NCBI GenBank assembly: GCA_951406725.2 | Contig: OX597821.1 | Coordinates: 85,064,001 to 85,128,000 of the forward strand | Source: Octopus vulgaris | Lineage: Eukaryota | Length of the DNA stretch: 64,000 nt | Direction: 5' to 3' | Notes under the pieces: generated by a model | Told to the model about the DNA's origin: nothing | What the model saw: only the letters and a program-made list of their open reading frames with translations | The model's database searches: none | Position numbers and translations under genes: made by a program | Shown here: positions 41,269-55,544 of the stretch, in pieces | Layout of the letters: each line of letters starts with the position of its first letter | Position numbering within the stretch: position 1 is the stretch's first letter

Positions 41269-43029
41269 ATGTGTGTGCGTGTGTGTGTGTGTGTGTGCGC
41301 GCGCGCGCAATAAGGCTCTCGACTTCTTGATGGACAGCAGAGGCTCCATCTTGGACAGCGTGTCATGGATACTTTTTCGGCCTGGTAGAATTCCTCCGTC
41401 TACAGATCTGACCATCACGTCTGATTTTCAGAAAAGAGAAAGAAGGGAGAATAGAATGATAGGATGAAAGGCAAAGTTGCTCTGAGAAAGATCTGAAATC
41501 AATGTGCAGAGGGCCTCAATGCACCACCATCTGAGAATCTAACGATTCTGTCAACTGGTAACCTTATGCACGCGTGCGTGTGCGTGTGTATGTGTGTGTT
41601 TGTTGCGTATGTGAGTGTGTGTTTGTGTGCGTGTATGAATGTGTCTATGTATGTGTAAGTGACAGGACAGAAACACCGATACAAGAAGTTCTGAGATTTG
41701 CCAATGCCACCAATTTGTTTGCTAAGCTCAAGCATATCCACCTGCTTTGGATTGTGGATGTTGTCAGAATGCCTGATTCAGAGAAATCCTCTATTCGGAA
41801 CTTAGAAATGGCGGGCGCCTTGTTAGTGCACCTCATAATAGATTTTTAAATACTTTGAAAGCAACCTTGAAATACTACGAGATCAAATCAAATTCATAGA
41901 CGTATCTTGCTAGAGACAAGCCTACGTGGCAGGACGGTAGCACTAGAGACTCCCAAGTACGTGAATTTTTATGAATCTCTACAGAAGTGGCCAAAAGAGA
42001 AACGCACAGCTTGCATCTTTGCCTTTATACATACATATATATACACACACAGACACTTGTGTACGTGTGTATAAATAGAATCGAACTGGTAAAGTCGCGA
42101 AAGCGTTGGATAGGATGCCTTGCGGTATTTGTTCCGGCTCACTGCGCTCCGAGTTTGAATCCAACCTATAATTACAGGAAAAACATCTCCTTCGAACACA
42201 GAAGAAATTAGTATAGGCTTCAGAAGTCTATAAGCAAGTGCCTGAGCATTTCAGCTAATCCCTCTCTGAACTAGCAAGCACATCAGCTAGCCGGGATGAA
42301 TTCAAGAGAGCATTCAAGTTCCTTATCCTCCAACAAATAGAATTTTTTACATTCCTGGTTATCTGCCGTGACAAACATGTTTGTTTCGGCTTCCCCACCT
42401 CAGAAAATTCCAGCTATGAACAACAATCGGTCACGAGGAACTAAATATAAAGATGTGTTGGATAGAATATACCGAAACGAATTACTGAGCACGTTGGTAA
42501 AGCACAGTACAAAAGAGTTCAATTCAGAATGAAGCTCATGATGGTCATTATATATGCAACAAGGTTCGCCCTAACTCATCCCAAAAATTATAACATGTCA
42601 AAAATCATTCAATGTTTAATTGCATTACGTTTATGAATGAATTTACACTCACTCGCCGTACAAACACAAATGCTTATACGTGCAAGGGCAGTTGCCTACA
42701 CAAATACATAGATAGAAAATATGTAACAAAAGTAAAATAATAACTATTACTTAAGTACACAATACTTAGTTGAGTGCTCGACAGATTAATGGATAAAGGA
42801 TTAAGTTAAATACTGATTGAATAATGAAAAAAGGTATAATAAACTGATAAATGAATTAGTGGGCAAATGATTAAAGTTATCAAGAGACGGAACAAACTAA
42901 ATCATGAAAATGACTACACTATACTATACTATGCTATACTATAGTATACAATAGTATACTATAGTATACTATACTATAGTATACTATAGTATACTATACT
43001 ATATTATACTATACTACACTATACTATAC

Positions 43030-43215
43030 TCAGTTTATGGAAAAGAATGCTTGAATTAAAGAACTTGCAGAAGATGGTTTGCAAAATTCAGAAGTGGAGA
43101 TTTCAGCCTTGAAGATGAAGATCGAACAGGACGTCCAGCTGAGTTTGATGATAAGCTCCTTGAGGCATTACTTGAACAAAATCCTGCATTATCAGTTGAA
43201 GAATTGGCAATAAAG
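43030..43215 (+). mobile_element. Mariner transposase N-terminal HTH fragment
   Basis: VYGKECLN*RTCRRWFAKFRSGDFSLEDEDRTGRPAEFDDKLLEALLEQNP. Confidence 0.85.
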
Positions 43216-43760
43216 TTGTTTGCAAATAGCGAATTAAAACTTGAAATGAAAACATTAAAATAGAGAGTGACAGATTTCGCAAATGAAAATAGAAAATTTC
43301 GCCGTTGCTACGTCAATACCAGAAGTTGTCATTGAGAAACCTTTTTAAAGAAGTGAACCATATATATAAAGCAATATTATTTATTCTTAATAAAAAAATA
43401 AACTGAAGAGCTTATGTTTCCGAGGTCAAATTATTCATGCATCCCAAGTATGGAAGCAATTTGCGCAGCCATATTTCTTTCAGTAATTTATCGTGGTTGT
43501 TTGCAAATAGCGAATTAAAACTTGAAATGAAAACATTAAAATAGAGAGTGAGAGATTTCGCAAATGAAAATGAAAAATTTCGCCCTTGCAGCATCAATAC
43601 CGGAAGTTGACATTGAGAAACCTCTTTAAAGAAGTTAATCATATATATATAAAGCAATATTATTTGTTTTTAATAAAAAAGAATTAAAATGAAGTGCCTA
43701 TTATGTATCCAAGGTCAAATTATCGATGCATCCCAAGCATGGAAGCAATTCGCGCAGCCG
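43215..43760 (+). repeat. ~281-bp tandem duplication
   Basis: GTTGTTTGCAAATAGCGAATTAAAACTTGAAATG at ~43215 and ~43496. Confidence 0.85.
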
Positions 43761-43784
43761 TTTTCGCATGAAAAGCGAACACAC

Positions 43785-44265
43785 GCACACACAGGTCTAT
43801 GTTATATAATAAGATTAGTGGCAGAAAAGTGCGACGACGCTCTCGGGGAGACTCTGGGCGCGAGCGAGAACGAACTGGATAGTCTACTCCGGAGAACTTT
43901 CCGGTTGGGTACTATCATGGATAATTTCCAAATGTCCTTGGCCTGGTAATGCTACCGGGGGGGGGGGCGCTACCGGTTTTAGATAAGCTCTACAGGCACG
44001 GATATGCTGTCAGACGGGCTTGTCCGAGGTGTGCGGCAGAGTGACAAAACTGTTGTGCACGCCCTCGTTCAGTGTCCGTGCATTGCTGACTTGTGGGGTT
44101 ATGTGGAGCAGCTGCTGTCACTTGTGGGACGGATCCGTCTGTCGGTGGTCGAGTCTGAATTATGATCGCACAGCCGCCCTCCTTCAATCGGGCAGGCAAG
44201 GTGGTTTTTCCTTTGCCTGGTGGGTGTAGCGAAAGAGGTTGTTTGGTGGGGCAAGGCTGAAGAGC
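43785..44265 (+). mobile_element. Tx1/L1-clade LINE ORF2 C-terminal (zf-RVT) fragment
   Basis: SLAW*CYRG/ALPVLDKLYRHGYAVRRACPRC/..KTVVHALVQCPCIADLWGYV (frameshifted). Confidence 0.7.
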
Positions 44266-44279
44266 ACTCACTTCCTCTT

Positions 44280-44450
44280 CACCCTTATCGTTATCCTCTC
44301 CCACATCGTTATGATCATCATCATCACCCACATCGTCATCACGACTATCATCACGACTATCATCATCATCATCATCATCATCATCATCGCCGTCATCATC
44401 ATCATCATCATCATTATCATCATCATCATCAAGATCATCATCATCATCAA

Positions 44451-44516
<66 letters not shown>

Positions 44517-44559
44517 TATTATCATCATCATCACCCACATCGTCATCACAACCATCATT

Positions 44560-44599
<40 letters not shown>

Positions 44600-45003
44600 C
44601 CGTCGTTGTCGTCGTCATTTCTACCCATGACAGTGGTCAATGTGGGGTGGGGGGCGGATATTCGAACGGTGCACACGGCAAAAGTTACGAGCAACCACTG
44701 CACAAGAAGGGATAACAAGCGGTGACAGCTGATACGGGAGAAAGAAAGAAAGACGGATTTGTAACGGTTCCGTTCCTCTGAACTTATAAAAAAAGAAACG
44801 GAAAGTGACGTAAGAAGCAACGTGTCAAGTTTTATGACTTTAGAATTGCAATATCACAGGAAACATTCATCTCAGTCAAGCTTGGAGAGAGAGAGCAACG
44901 TTTAATCGACACACACGCTTACACACACTCGTAGATAGAAAAGTATCATCATCATCATTATCATCATCACCCACATCGTCATCACAACCATCGTCATCAC
45001 AAC

Positions 45004-45038
<35 letters not shown>

Positions 45039-45078
45039 CCCACATCGTCATCACAACCATCATCATCATCATCACAAC

Positions 45079-45134
<56 letters not shown>

Positions 45135-45135
45135 A
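44280..45135. repeat. Two interrupted (ATC)n tracts (44280-44620, 44943-45135)
   Basis: Direct inspection; shared interruption motif ATCACCCACATCGTCATCAC. Confidence 0.9.
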
Positions 45136-45179
45136 CGTCGTTGTTACGAGCAGCCACTATTATGTATTATGTGCACATG

Positions 45180-45316
45180 CAGTTTCATTGTGTGCGCGTG
45201 AATGTGTGCGTGTGTGCATATGTGTGTGAGTGTGTGTATGTGACTGATTTCTATATATGGATGTATATATATATGTGTGTGTGTGTGTGTGTATGTGACT
45301 AATATATATATGGATG

Positions 45317-45370
<54 letters not shown>

Positions 45371-45525
45371 CGTGCGCACACATATGCATATATACGTACA
45401 TACCGTCATCATATATGTATATAGAGGCGTGTCTATATGCATAAAAGGGAGTGCATGTATGTGTGTATGTGTGTGTGTAATTCCCACACGGAAGCATTCA
45501 TGAATTAATGTATATATGTGTGTGT

Positions 45526-45602
<77 letters not shown>

Positions 45603-45852
45603 CATATATGTATGTATATATATGTATGTATATGTATGTATATGTATATACATATACATATATATACATTTGTATATATACATATAGACATATATATATA
45701 CATATATATGCATATATACATATATATATACATATATATACATAAATATATACATATATACATATACACATATCTATATATGCATACATACATACATATA
45801 TACGTACATACATACATACAAACATACATACATACATACATACATACATACA

Positions 45853-45886
<34 letters not shown>

Positions 45887-45954
45887 CGTACATACATACA
45901 CTGATATGTATATAAACGTTTGTCTGTCGATATGTATAAAAGTGTGTGTGTTTG

Positions 45955-46033
<79 letters not shown>

Positions 46034-46136
46034 GCGTGCATGTGAAGCTCTGTGGGCAGAAGAGTCTTGCAAGATTCATACGTACAAATAATAAGAGCAA
46101 CAGACATAATTAACCCCACACGCACTCACACACACG

Positions 46137-46170
<34 letters not shown>

Positions 46171-46250
46171 CACACGTGTATGCATACACACACACACGTG
46201 TATGCATACACACACACACACACAAACATGCGCACACGATCACACACTTC
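45180..46250. repeat. Compound TG/TA/TACA microsatellite block
   Basis: Direct inspection. Confidence 0.9.
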
Positions 46251-46998
46251 AAGATGATAAGAACGATAAACTCTGACCAATGGCCCATGAACAGATTAAA
46301 GTTGAACAATTTACAAATATTTTCTAAATTGCTCATGTATTGCTTTTTATCATGCATAAAAGAGCCAAGGTTACGCTGGTATCTTATATTGCTGAAGATA
46401 CGCTGGAAGAACTGTTGTCTGCTTTCTGGGGAATTCTATCCAAGAAACATAAGTTCGAAAGTGTTAGAACCTGTGAGTATTTTGATTTATCCATCTTTTT
46501 AACCAACTCTACCCTTCTCACAATCAATCTTTCCATACATAGTCTCTCTCTCTCTCTCCTGAGTTTTACCTTTTCCATTCTCTCTCTCTCTCATGCTCTC
46601 TCTCTCTCTCTCCCTCTCTCTCTCTCATTGTTTCATTCTTTCTTCCTTTGTGTCTCTTACGCGAACACCACTGCACGTAATTGCATTTATATTTCATGAG
46701 AGTTTCTGCATGTGTGTGTTTGTTTGTGTGTGTGAGAATTTACGTTTATGTAAGAATGTATATATAAATATATGTAACACACACACACATCCCATCCTGC
46801 AGGGCCGGATTAAGACCCATAGAAGCCCTAGGCACTTAAAGGATTTTGGTGTCCTCATATATATCTAATTCAAAATATGAACAATAATAAACCATAAAAT
46901 TATTATTTTTTATTTTTTAAAATGGAACAAAACGGTAAGAAGGAAAACAACATTTATTTTTGTATTGGAGAAAACTTTTCGAAGTTTTCTCCTACTTT

Positions 46999-47042
<44 letters not shown>

Positions 47043-47044
47043 CA

Positions 47045-47094
<50 letters not shown>

Positions 47095-47695
47095 AATGGC
47101 GGTGCCCCAGCATGGCCACAGCTCATGAGCTGAAACTAGAATCAATCAATCATATATATATACATATATATATATATATAATCGCAAAGTCTTTGATCAG
47201 ATCCTGACTATGATACCATAAACACTTCGAAATTATATTTCCGATCCCATAAACCACTTCGAATATTATTTTGGCAAGTTTAAAGTGATTTCTTTTGTGC
47301 CGTTAACCATTTACCATATCTGTGATGTTCCGACTCCCCTTGATTCCCTAAGCACCGGCTTATTTTGCTGAACGGTTAATCCAGCGCCGCCATCATGCTA
47401 TCTTTAAAATTGATAAGGGACGATACGTTGGCAAGAAGTTTACTTCACATTCAAAAAGACAGGACAAAATGCTGACGACCAAATCATGTATCAGATAGAT
47501 CACGGCTGAGCTGGTACTACACATCAATAGTGACAACAATAATACATCTTTGTACGCGGTAAACCTACTTTTATATTCTATTATTAAACTTCATTTGGAA
47601 GCTTTCTATCTCTACATCACCAACTTGTACGGATGTACGGCGACGTACGCGTGGGCGTCCACACACAAGGACGTACATACATTTATGTATGTATG

Positions 47696-47729
<34 letters not shown>

Positions 47730-47883
47730 TTATTAATTAAGCTCTAAGTCATATTTATTATTTTTCATAACACACATTATCTCAAATTATTATATAACTA
47801 TATTACATTTAATTACATTTATTAAATTTCGTTTTTGGATTTGGTTTGCAAGATTCTTTATATGAGTTCGTATGTTGAAGCAT

Positions 47884-48110
47884 ATTCTGTTATGTCTGGG
47901 GAGAGTCATTTTCTTTTTGTGCCTTATAATGTAACACACTCACCTAAAATTTTCGTTGTGTCTTGCGACCTTTTCAATAGTCTTGACTCTTGAAAAGGTT
48001 GCAAGACGCAACGAAAAGTTTAGGAAAATAAAAATAAGAAATTTGACCGATGAGTGTGTTACATTATAAGGCACAAAAAGAAAATTACTTTCCTCAGACA
48101 CAACAGAATA
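47884..48110. mobile_element. Palindromic (hairpin) element, ~100-bp arms
   Basis: TTCGTTGTGTCTTGCGACCTTTTCAA / TTGAAAAGGTTGCAAGACGCAACGAA and GTGCCTTATAATGTAACACACTCA / TGAGTGTGTTACATTATAAGGCAC. Confidence 0.8.
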
Positions 48111-50019
48111 CATTTATTAAATTTGTAATAAAAGTTCCTGGCTTTGGGCAAAAGAAAATGAAGGTGGATCAGTTAATTATGATTTCATTCAACATGTTCC
48201 GCTCGCAGATTCACACACTCATAGCAACGGTCCTTCAGTTTTTCTAAGCTTCTAACCAAGCCTTTCGCGATACCGTTAAAGCCCCGAAATTTTCAGCACA
48301 CCCTCGTATAATCATATTTCTTATATTTTTGTTATCAGGGGTTTAACAATTTAACATTTTTTTCATTCAAAAAGACATTGTTTCGTTTTAAATTATTAGA
48401 CAAATTTTAAAGCCAAATCTTGAAATAACGATTCAACTATGCCGGATACAACATGGCTGAATCGGCAAGAATTTCACTTCGCAGTCATAGGTCCGACATG
48501 TTCGATCACCCTAGTTGACATCTCGAGCAAGTGTCACCGACCATAGTCTCAGGGCGACTCAAACCCAAGAGTGAAATTGGTTAGAAGGAAACTGTGCGGA
48601 AGCCAGGCTGTATCTCTAATTTAAATGTCCAGTCTTGTCACTGATTCTTTTTAAAGATTTTATTGAGGGCACACGAGTCTGTAGAATACTCAGCCACTTA
48701 CACGCTAATTCAATGAGCCGGTAGTTGATCGAATAAAAAAAACTGAATATTAACCGTCGAAATCGATGGAAATACATTTACTTGCAATAAAAGCTTAACC
48801 AACAGCTGGTATGGATATCAAGAAAAATCCTTGATATCCCCACGCTCTTTCTGCTCCTTAAGCAATTCGTGACTTCATAATCTCCACAAATGCTAGCCTT
48901 TCATCTCCCGACGTTCTCTATGGGATTGGATTGCCTATGTTCAGACCACAGCAGAACGAAGGCCTCAGCATTATCTCTTCACCAACTATGCTTTAATGTG
49001 TAGGCTGTGAATTGGAGCTTGAGATCATACTAGTTTGATGAACCAGCTCTGCCACACTGCTCGACATAGATTGGCAGAAGGATGTAGTTTTTTTTTTTAA
49101 ACCCTTAACTGAAAGTAGTTAAGTCGATTACATCGGCCCCAGTGCTCAACTGGTACTTATTTTGTCGATTCAAAATATGAAGGGTTAAAGTCGACCTTTT
49201 TCAATAAAGTCCTGTGCAAATTGCAGATCCGAATGCAGTACACAATCTTGTAAATTGTTTCTGATTTAAGAACGCAGTCAGCACTTTTGAAGGTAGTGGG
49301 TAAGGTGATATCGTCGGCATCTGTACTTAACTGGTACTTTATTTTATCGATCCTGAAAGAATGAAATGCAAAGTTGATCTCGGTGTGATTTGAACTCAGA
49401 ACGTAAAGAATCAAAAGAAATATCCGAAAGCATTTCTTTAGACACCCCAATGATTCTGCAATATCACTGCTATACCTTGATGGTCGGTTGAGATAAGTAA
49501 GGTCTCTTAATTCTTTCACGATCTGAAATTTAAAAAGATTCTGTTTTTAAGCCCTGAAACCTAAAAGGAATATCTGTGCCGATGGAATTAACTGATGATA
49601 TTATCCAGAAGGTGGCATAATCTAATCCCAAAACTCATTCTTCGGTAATGTGAAAACACTTTTTATAAATGCTTAAGAAACCATTTTAGGCGTTAAGGGG
49701 CAGTACCGAATGCTTGTTTCTAAGGGCGAAACTGAAGTGAAAAATCCAGAATTTTCTAAATATTTGCTCATAGCGTATAGCGTATTATCTTCTCAAACTG
49801 ATCACAGATGATCTAGAATGCCAAGTGAAAAGCCGAATGTCCTTCAGATGAAGAAACGCATTCTCAAGTAAAACTTTCGTCCTTCATCTACTCACAACAA
49901 TAAGAATGTTTTTTTTTTCTAATGCTGTGACGTTGTAACCAGTAGTTTTGGTGAGCAGTTCGGCTTTGTTCAAGCTAACAGCCTATAGGCTGTCACACAA
50001 CGATCATTTCCGTCTAACT

Positions 50020-50432
50020 ATCTGTTTCTTTATTGCCCACAAGGGGCTAAGCATAGAGGGGACAAACAAGGACAGACAAACGGATTAAGACGATTACATC
50101 GACCCCAGTGCGTAACTGGTACTTAATTTATCGACCCCGAAAGGATGAAAAGCAAAATCGACCTCGGCGGAATTTGAACTCAGAACGTAACGGCAGACGA
50201 AATACCTATTTCTTTATTACCCACAAGGGGCTAAACACAGAGGGGACAAACAAGGACAGACATAGGTATTAAGTCGATTCCATCGACCCCAGTGCGTAAC
50301 TGGTACTTAATTTATCGACCTTGAAAGGATGAAAAGCAAAGTCGACCTCGGCGGAATTTGAACTCAGAACGTAACGGCAGACGAAATACGGCAACGCATT
50401 ACGCCCGGCGAGCTAACGGTTCTGCCAGCTCG
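50020..50432 (-). mobile_element. SINE family B (dimeric)
   Basis: Reverse-complement match. Confidence 0.9.
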
Positions 50433-50569
50433 GAAGAAAGACAAGCTGGTTTTTAATTATTTTTTATGCATACAACTGGCCTTGTGGTACAAATATAGCG
50501 CGTCTGGCTCCAGATCAGAAGGCTAGATGTTCGTGTGACGGCGAGCTCGTAACTCCTTCGTTATTCGGT

Positions 50570-51010
50570 GCGGGTGCGTGGTTGAGAAGTTTGCTTCTCA
50601 AACATAGGGTCTTGAGTTCAATTCCAGCGCGTAGCACCTTGGGGAATTATCTTCTACTATAGCCCGTGGCTGAACAACGCCTAGTGATTTTCTAGACGGA
50701 AACTGAAAGAAAGCCATCATATACACACGCACACACAAACACACACACAGAGCAATAGAAAAATAGATATGGTGATATATGCATATATCTATGTGTGCAT
50801 GTGTGTCTTTGTGTTTGTCCTCCCCGCACCGCTTGACAACCGGTGTTGGTTTGTTTATGTCCACGTAACTCAGCGGTTCGGTTAAAGGAAATCTATAGAA
50901 TAAGTACCAGGATTAAAAATAAGTCCGAATGCTAATTTATTCGACTGAATTCTTCAAAGCAGTGCTACAGCATGGCCGTGATCCAATGACCGAAAGAAGT
51001 AAAAGATTAA
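50570..51010 (+). mobile_element. Diverged SINE family A
   Basis: Head, body and tail recognisable. Confidence 0.75.
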
Positions 51011-51439
51011 AACAAAAACAAACAAAAAAAAAGAAAAGAAAAGGCACAATTAAGTATCCCCTTCATACCATTTGTCCTTTCATCTTATTCAGAGTCACTC
51101 AAAATGTCTTCCACACTAACTCTCAATATGACTTCCGGGCTTTTGTTCTTAGTTCACTAATCCCAAACTACTCGAGCTCATCGTACTGATAATTCTCTGT
51201 TCCTCATTTTCCCCACACCACTATTAATCTGGCTAAGTGACCTGTGCCTATAGACTATGAAGAAGGTCATCGCATTTAGGAATGTAGGATTAAAACAATA
51301 TATATACAATTCAATCATGATCTCCTTTTTGTATAGGATGTAAGAAGAAAGCTATATCCGGTGCACTTTTCACTATCGTCTGATAATAGTAGTTTTCGAC
51401 ATTCAGCAGAAAGCTTTTTAGATATGTATGCTATACAGC

Positions 51440-51745
51440 GTGGAGGCACATGGCCTAGTGGTTAGAGCAGCGGACTTGCGGTCGAAGGATCGCGGGTTCG
51501 AATCTCAGACCGGGCGATGTGTGTGTTTATGAGCGAAACACCTAAGCTCCACGCGGCTCCAGCAGAAGGTTATGGCGAACGTCTGCCGACTCTTTCGTCA
51601 CAACTTTCTCTCACTCTTCCCTCCTGCATCTTGCAGCTCACCTGCGACGGACCGGCGTCCTGTCCAGGTGGGGAACCTATACGCCAAGGGAACCAGAAAA
51701 CCGGCCCTTATGGGCCGGGCGTGACTCGAGAAGGAACAAACAATG
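51440..51745 (+). mobile_element. tRNA-derived SINE (family C-related)
   Basis: GTGGAGGCACATGGCCTAGTGGTTAGAGCAGCGGAC...GGGTTCGAATC; flanked by repeated ATGCTATACAGC (TSD-like). Confidence 0.85.
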
Positions 51746-51753
51746 CTATACAG

Positions 51754-52150
51754 CAGTGTTACTCAAAGTGGTGGCCTGCGGACCGGTGTCGGTCCGCGAG
51801 CCATCACCTGCCGGTACACGGCGAGCTTCCAGAAAAGAAAGAAACATTATAAAATGCTTATAAAATGCTAAGGTAATATTGTATTATTTGTTTACAAAAT
51901 AAATACAAGATAAAAAAAAATGTCAACTTTTATTATATTCATTATATATATATTGTTTCCGGTATAAATTAATATTACTAAGGAATATTACCGAGGAGTG
52001 GCTGTGTGGTAAGTAGCTTGCTTACCAACCACATGGTTCCGGGTTCGTTCCCACTGCGTGGCACCTTGGGCAAGTGTCTTCTACTATAGTCTCGGGCCGA
52101 CCAAAGCCTTGTGAGTGGATTTGGTAGACGGAAACCGAAAGAAGCCCTTC

Positions 52151-52182
<32 letters not shown>

Positions 52183-52470
52183 GTTTGTATATGTTTGTCC
52201 CCCCCAACATCGCTTGACAACCGATGGTTGTGTGTCTACGTCTCCATCACTTAGCGGTTCGGCAAAAGAGACCGATAGAATAAGTACTAGGCTTACAAAG
52301 AATAAGTCCTGGGGTCAATTTACTCGACTAAATGCGGTACTCCAGCATGGCCGCAGTCAAATGACTGAAACAAGTAAAAGAGTAAAAGAGTAAAAAAAGA
52401 GAAAGAGAGTCCCTGACATATTGGAAATAAAAAAACTGCCGGTACGCCACATCAGATAGTTTATGGGCGA
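51754..52470 (+). mobile_element. hAT-Charlie-like MITE with nested SINE A (51993-52400)
   Basis: Start CAGTGTTACTCAAAGTGGTGGCCTGCGGACCGG; repeated GCCGGTAC motifs. Confidence 0.6.
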
Positions 52471-52719
52471 AGACATGGTCAGGTGTTAAAAAAGTTCGTT
52501 TCATAACGATGTGTTACGTGTGTTCAAATTCTATCCCATTATGTGGTGCTTTAAAAATGGTGTCTTCTACAATAGTCTTAAATCTGACAAAAACCTCGTA
52601 AGATAATTTTGATGAACATGGAAGCTCATCAGATAGATAGATAAACAGATGGACTCCGTATCCACTATATGTACTTACACACACATACACACACATTTTG
52701 ACATGTATGTATATTCTTT

Positions 52720-52900
52720 ACCTCATTTACTTGTTTCAGTCATTTGACTGGGGCCATGCTGGAGCATCGCCTTTCAGTCGAAGAAATCGACCTCTGGACT
52801 TATTCTTTGTAAGCCTGGCATTTATTCTCTTGGAGGACGTAGACACACTAACATCGGTTGTCAAGTGATGGAGGTGGTGGGACAAACACAGACACAAAGG

Positions 52901-52974
<74 letters not shown>

Positions 52975-53132
52975 CGACGGCCTTCTTTCAGTCTTTGTCA
53001 ACCAAATCCACTCACAAGGCTTTGGTCGGCCCGAGGCTACAGTAGAAGATAATTGCCCAAAATGCTACGCAGTGGGACTGAACCCGGAACCGCGTTGTTG
53101 GTAAGCAAGCTTCTTACCACACGGCCATTCCT
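52720..53132 (-). mobile_element. SINE family A (inverted relative to 51993-52400)
   Basis: Reverse-complement match. Confidence 0.85.
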
Positions 53133-55544
53133 GAAAGAAAAATGAGTAGAAATTGGTTTCTGATAATTTTTCCACTTAAATAATTAGATTTTTTTTTTCT
53201 AGTTTCAGCTCAGAGCTGCGGCCATGCTGATGCACCGCCGTTTATAAATCATGAACATCTAATTATTAAAGTGGGAAAATTGTCAGAAAAGCAATTTCTT
53301 TTCATTTTTTTTCAAATATATGATACACTGTACCAAAGATTTTCTATTACTTATTCTATCTACTATAATAATAATCTTGTGTTTTTCTTCGTCACAACAT
53401 ATGAATGAGAAAGGAAAGGGTGATAGATGAATAAGGAAGGAAAGGATGGGTGGTTTCAAACTTGGTAGTGGGATGATGGAAATTCTTCGGTGTAAAAAAA
53501 GTCAAACAGCTTTTCAACTCTGTGTGAGTATATGTGTGTGTATGCAAAAGGGAGGTGATTCCGTATGCGTAAACCTGGGAAGGTACGATGCTGGTAATGT
53601 GATAGATTACTGCGACTCATTCACACGACTCTGTTTATTACAAGCAAACGTTTCACAAAAAAAATGTTATACTCTTCGTCAACGTTAAGTAAATAGCAAT
53701 ATAGTTCTAGCTAGCTCTTTTTTTTCTCTTTAAGAGCGGCAAGCTGGCATAATTCTCAACACGTCAAACAAAATGCTTAGCGATATTTCTTCTAGCTTTA
53801 CGTTCTGAGTTCAAATTCCGCCAAGGTTGATTTTGTCTTTCATACTTTCGGGGTCGATAAAATAAGTATCACCTGAGCAGTGGGGTGAATGTAATCGACT
53901 TGACGACTCAACCGACATATGTTTCCAAATGGTAATACTTAATAATGATACTTAGATAAATTCAAATGAAATTATATTAAGCTATTGTCGCAATTTTTAA
54001 CACTGGGCGCCCTATCACACAGCATAAGAAAGTAATTCAAGTTTGAAGAAATAAATGCAATTATATATATATATATCCTGTGTGCAACACGCTACGTTGA
54101 GAGATATATGGAAGGCACATACACATGTATGTATGTATGTATGTATGTATGTATGTATGTATGTATGTATGTATGTATGTATGTATGTATGCATGCATGT
54201 GTATATGTACAAAGCAATGTGAGTATATTATTTCATCAGGGCATATTTTGGAATTACTTTATCATAGCTGATGTAAAGTCACTTAGTTGAATACAAGTTC
54301 TTAATAAGGACTTGACCTAAGTGAACCCGAACAGGCCCACCACACATTGCCCCAAAGAATTAACTGTTAGCGTATTAAAACTCAAATGACGCTTAACGCT
54401 TGAGCAACAGAATAATTCATTTATTTCCATGTCAAGATCTATTGCAAAATCTACAGCAAAATTTGATATCGTAACAAGGTCTACATGATAAACTTCAACG
54501 ATAATTGCTATTTCCGTAACAGTTCAAGTAGTTGTAATATTATTTCTTGTTATTTCTTGTTGAGTGAGTGTGTGGGCGGCGAGGTTTCCATTTTCAGTGG
54601 ATCTGTTTTAAACCATCTTCTTATGAGAACTAAAAGGACTAGTAAAAATTATAAATCAAAATATATATGTGTGTGCATGTGTGTGTGTGTGTGTATTGTG
54701 AAACACATTAATGTATGTATGTACGTACGTACGTACGTGTGTGTGTATATATTTGTCTGTCTGTATGTATGTATGTATGTATGTATGTATGTATGTATGT
54801 ATGTATGTATGTACGTGTATGTATATCTTTTACTTGTTTCAGTCATTTGACTGCGGCCATGCTGGAGCACCACCTTTAGTCGAGCAAATCGACCCCGGGA
54901 CTTATTCTTTGTAAGCCCAGTACTTATTCTATCGGTCACTTTTGCCGAACCGCTAAGTGACGGGGACGTAAACACATGTGTGAGTGTATGTAAAATTGTG
55001 TGTTTGTATGTAATGTATGTGTGTGTGTCTGTCTGTATGTATGTATATATGTATGTATATGTGTATGTATGTGTGTATATGTGTGTATGTATATATGTAT
55101 GATTGTATATACGTATGTATGATTGTATGTATGTATTTAACAGTGTTGTTCAATATGAGAAGAGCCTAAAAGACGTAACAAATCACACCAAGATTTCAAT
55201 TTTATTAAATCGTAAAAAGACGTGTTTAAAATAAGGCTTCTAACATGGGTTCTAGATCACAGATTTTTGAAGAGATGTATTGTCGATTTAATTTACGTCA
55301 GTACTATCACTCATTTTGAATGCTCAGCGACGCAACCAGCCCCTCATACTGGGATCACTCCGTCTGGGCACCCAATAGACTTTTTTTTTTAATTTGTCAA
55401 AGAAGATGGGACCACAAACAGTACTAAAATTCCATAGTCAATCTGTTTTGATGAGCAGAAAAATACGATCACCCATAACTTATGTTTCATGAAACTGCGG
55501 CTCCAGGTTTAATATCGATGAAGAAGAAATGAAGAACAACAAAA

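Noticed and set aside
41310-41450. Possible minus-strand host exon after a polypyrimidine/CAG acceptor (similar candidates at 13198-13272 + and 61130-61450)
   Set aside because: No recognisable protein similarity and no convincing exon chain; needs RNA-seq.
43990-44820. 276-aa single-exon gene
   Set aside because: Non-ATG start, a central (GAT)n tract, and the C-terminal third is the antisense of a Tx1-like LINE fragment.
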